Source of the DNA: Lachnospiraceae bacterium
Lineage (GTDB): Bacteria; Bacillota; Clostridia; Lachnospirales; Lachnospiraceae
DNA: 64,000 bases
Reading direction: 5' to 3'
Assembly (NCBI GenBank): GCA_963649295.1
Contig: CAVJHK010000001.1
Span: forward strand, 4,636 to 68,635
Shown: positions 63,122 to 64,000 of the stretch, one piece after another
How the letters are laid out: every line of letters starts with the position of its first letter
Numbering within the stretch: the first letter of the stretch is position 1
Translations under genes and position numbers: made by a program
Notes under the pieces: model-generated
The model's input: the letters and a program-made list of their open reading frames with translations, nothing else
The model's database searches: none
What the model was told of the DNA's origin: nothing

Positions 63122-64000
63122 ATGGCTTCCGAAAACGAAAATTTGGAAAGATTGAAGGAACTTTTGAGTGACGAAAAATATGATGAGGCAATTGTCCTTG
63201 TCCGCACAATAAAAGAGCGTCATGCAAAAAGCGCGTCGGACGTCCTTGCCCTTGCGCGTGTTTACGGCAAAATGCACGATTTCAAAAGATCCGAAAATCT
63301 TTTTAAAAAAGCATACAGACTCCGTCCGTCAAAGCTCATGTATCATGAGGTTATGGATATGTGCCTTGAAAACGGACACGTGAAGGATGCGGAAGAATAT
63401 CTTACGGAATATCGTGCTCTTTCAAATTATGACGAAGAAAGCGCACTTGTATACGAGTACAAAATTTTGCGTGCAAAAGGTGCAAAGAAAGAAGAACTGA
63501 TTGATGCGCTTCTTAGGATATGTGATGTTTCCTATACCGAAGACATGGCATATGAGCTTGCAAAGTTGTATTACAGAAACGGTCAAATCGAAGAATGTTT
63601 GCGTGAATGCGAAAAAATAACCAAATATTTTTATATGAGTCCCGTTGTCAAGAGAGCCACACTTCTTATGGCATATTGCAAGGGTGACGTAACAGCGGAC
63701 GAAATAAAGAATTTGGGCAAAGGGGCTTTGGATACTGACCAAAATGCGGAAGATTCGGACGCGGGACAAACGGCATCGGCTGACCCGGAAGCCGAAAGCA
63801 CGGATGAAAATTCATACGAAAGCACGGATGAAAATGCATACGAAAGCACGGATGAAAATGCATATGAAAGCACGGATGAAAATGCATATGAAACCATGGA
63901 CGATATCTCGGATTATGCGGATGAAATAATGGAATCCGATAAGGTTAACGGGATTAAGGACAGTGCGGAGGCGGTTTTTGATATTATGGATGAGGAAGAG
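63122..64000 (+). CDS. TPR-like repeat protein with acidic repeat region (3-prime end outside window)
   Basis: The frame is open from ATG 63122 to the window end (293 codons). It is absent from the ORF track because no stop is reached. Helical TPR-like repeats are followed by 4 x ESTDENAY. Confidence 0.6.
   Translation, partial: MASENENLERLKELLSDEKYDEAIVLVRTIKERHAKSASDVLALARVYGKMHDFKRSENLFKKAYRLRPSKLMYHEVMDMCLENGHVKDAEEYLTEYRALSNYDEESALVYEYKILRAKGAKKEELIDALLRICDVSYTEDMAYELAKLYYRNGQIEECLRECEKITKYFYMSPVVKRATLLMAYCKGDVTADEIKNLGKGALDTDQNAEDSDAGQTASADPEAESTDENSYESTDENAYESTDENAYESTDENAYETMDDISDYADEIMESDKVNGIKDSAEAVFDIMDEEE
63794..63889 (+). repeat. 24-bp tandem coding repeat x4 (ESTDEN(S/A)Y)
   Basis: gaaagcacggatgaaaat(t/g)cata(c/t) repeated four times, read directly. 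Confidence 0.95.

Noticed and set aside
63631-63929. ORFs with repetitive peptides (SSVLSYAF..., HFHPCF..., KARMKMH...)
   Set aside because: They are alternative-frame or antisense readings of the 24-bp tandem repeat inside the plus-strand TPR-like CDS, which is open from 63122 to the window end.

Overview
Low-GC, Firmicutes-type (Clostridia-like) chromosome segment with strong AGGAGG ribosome-binding sites, teichoic-acid genes and a TPP riboswitch. All composition statements are by-eye estimates, not computed. (1) 1-20.1 kb is the right arm of a visibly higher-GC siphovirus-like prophage. It carries a portal fragment, ClpP-like prohead protease, HK97-type capsid, connector genes, major tail protein, a tail chaperone with a -1 frameshift site, tape measure, tail-tip genes, holin and a CHAP-SH3 endolysin. 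It ends with three tandem large serine recombinases. An AT-rich moron sits inside the tail module, and a 234-bp tandem duplication has produced a truncated copy of a tail gene. (2) 20.5-23.2 kb is a compositionally distinct cargo cassette: HTH protein, Zn-ribbon protein, two paralogous tail-anchored proteins, a SHOCT membrane protein and a HEPN-motif protein. It abuts a 5-prime-truncated DEAH/DUF3427-type helicase gene, which is probably the insertion target. (3) 25.3-28.8 kb is housekeeping (NUDIX, flavin reductase, HMA protein, thiamine pyrophosphokinase, mscL) with an unusual repeat-rich region upstream of mscL. (4) 28.9-36.6 kb is the top candidate system. It is a terminator-insulated, translationally coupled four-gene operon encoding a Toprim/DUF2220-like nuclease, a kleisin-sized protein, a small winged-helix-like protein and a 1,464-aa SMC-like coiled-coil ATPase. 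This is Wadjet/MksBEFG-like architecture, but in a permuted D-A-B-C order and with atypical ATPase motifs. (5) 36.9-64 kb is mostly core genes: Ca-ATPase, a split HTH-AAA-ATPase-like/PD-(D/E)XK gene, gdhA, hydrolases, GH43, thiT with its TPP riboswitch, leuS, nfo, SRP RNA, a teichoic-acid/glycosyltransferase cluster, rsmA, tadA, a large cNMP-domain protein and a TPR protein that runs off the window. These are interspersed with short AT-rich intergenic tandem repeats. No rRNA, tRNA or CRISPR array was seen.
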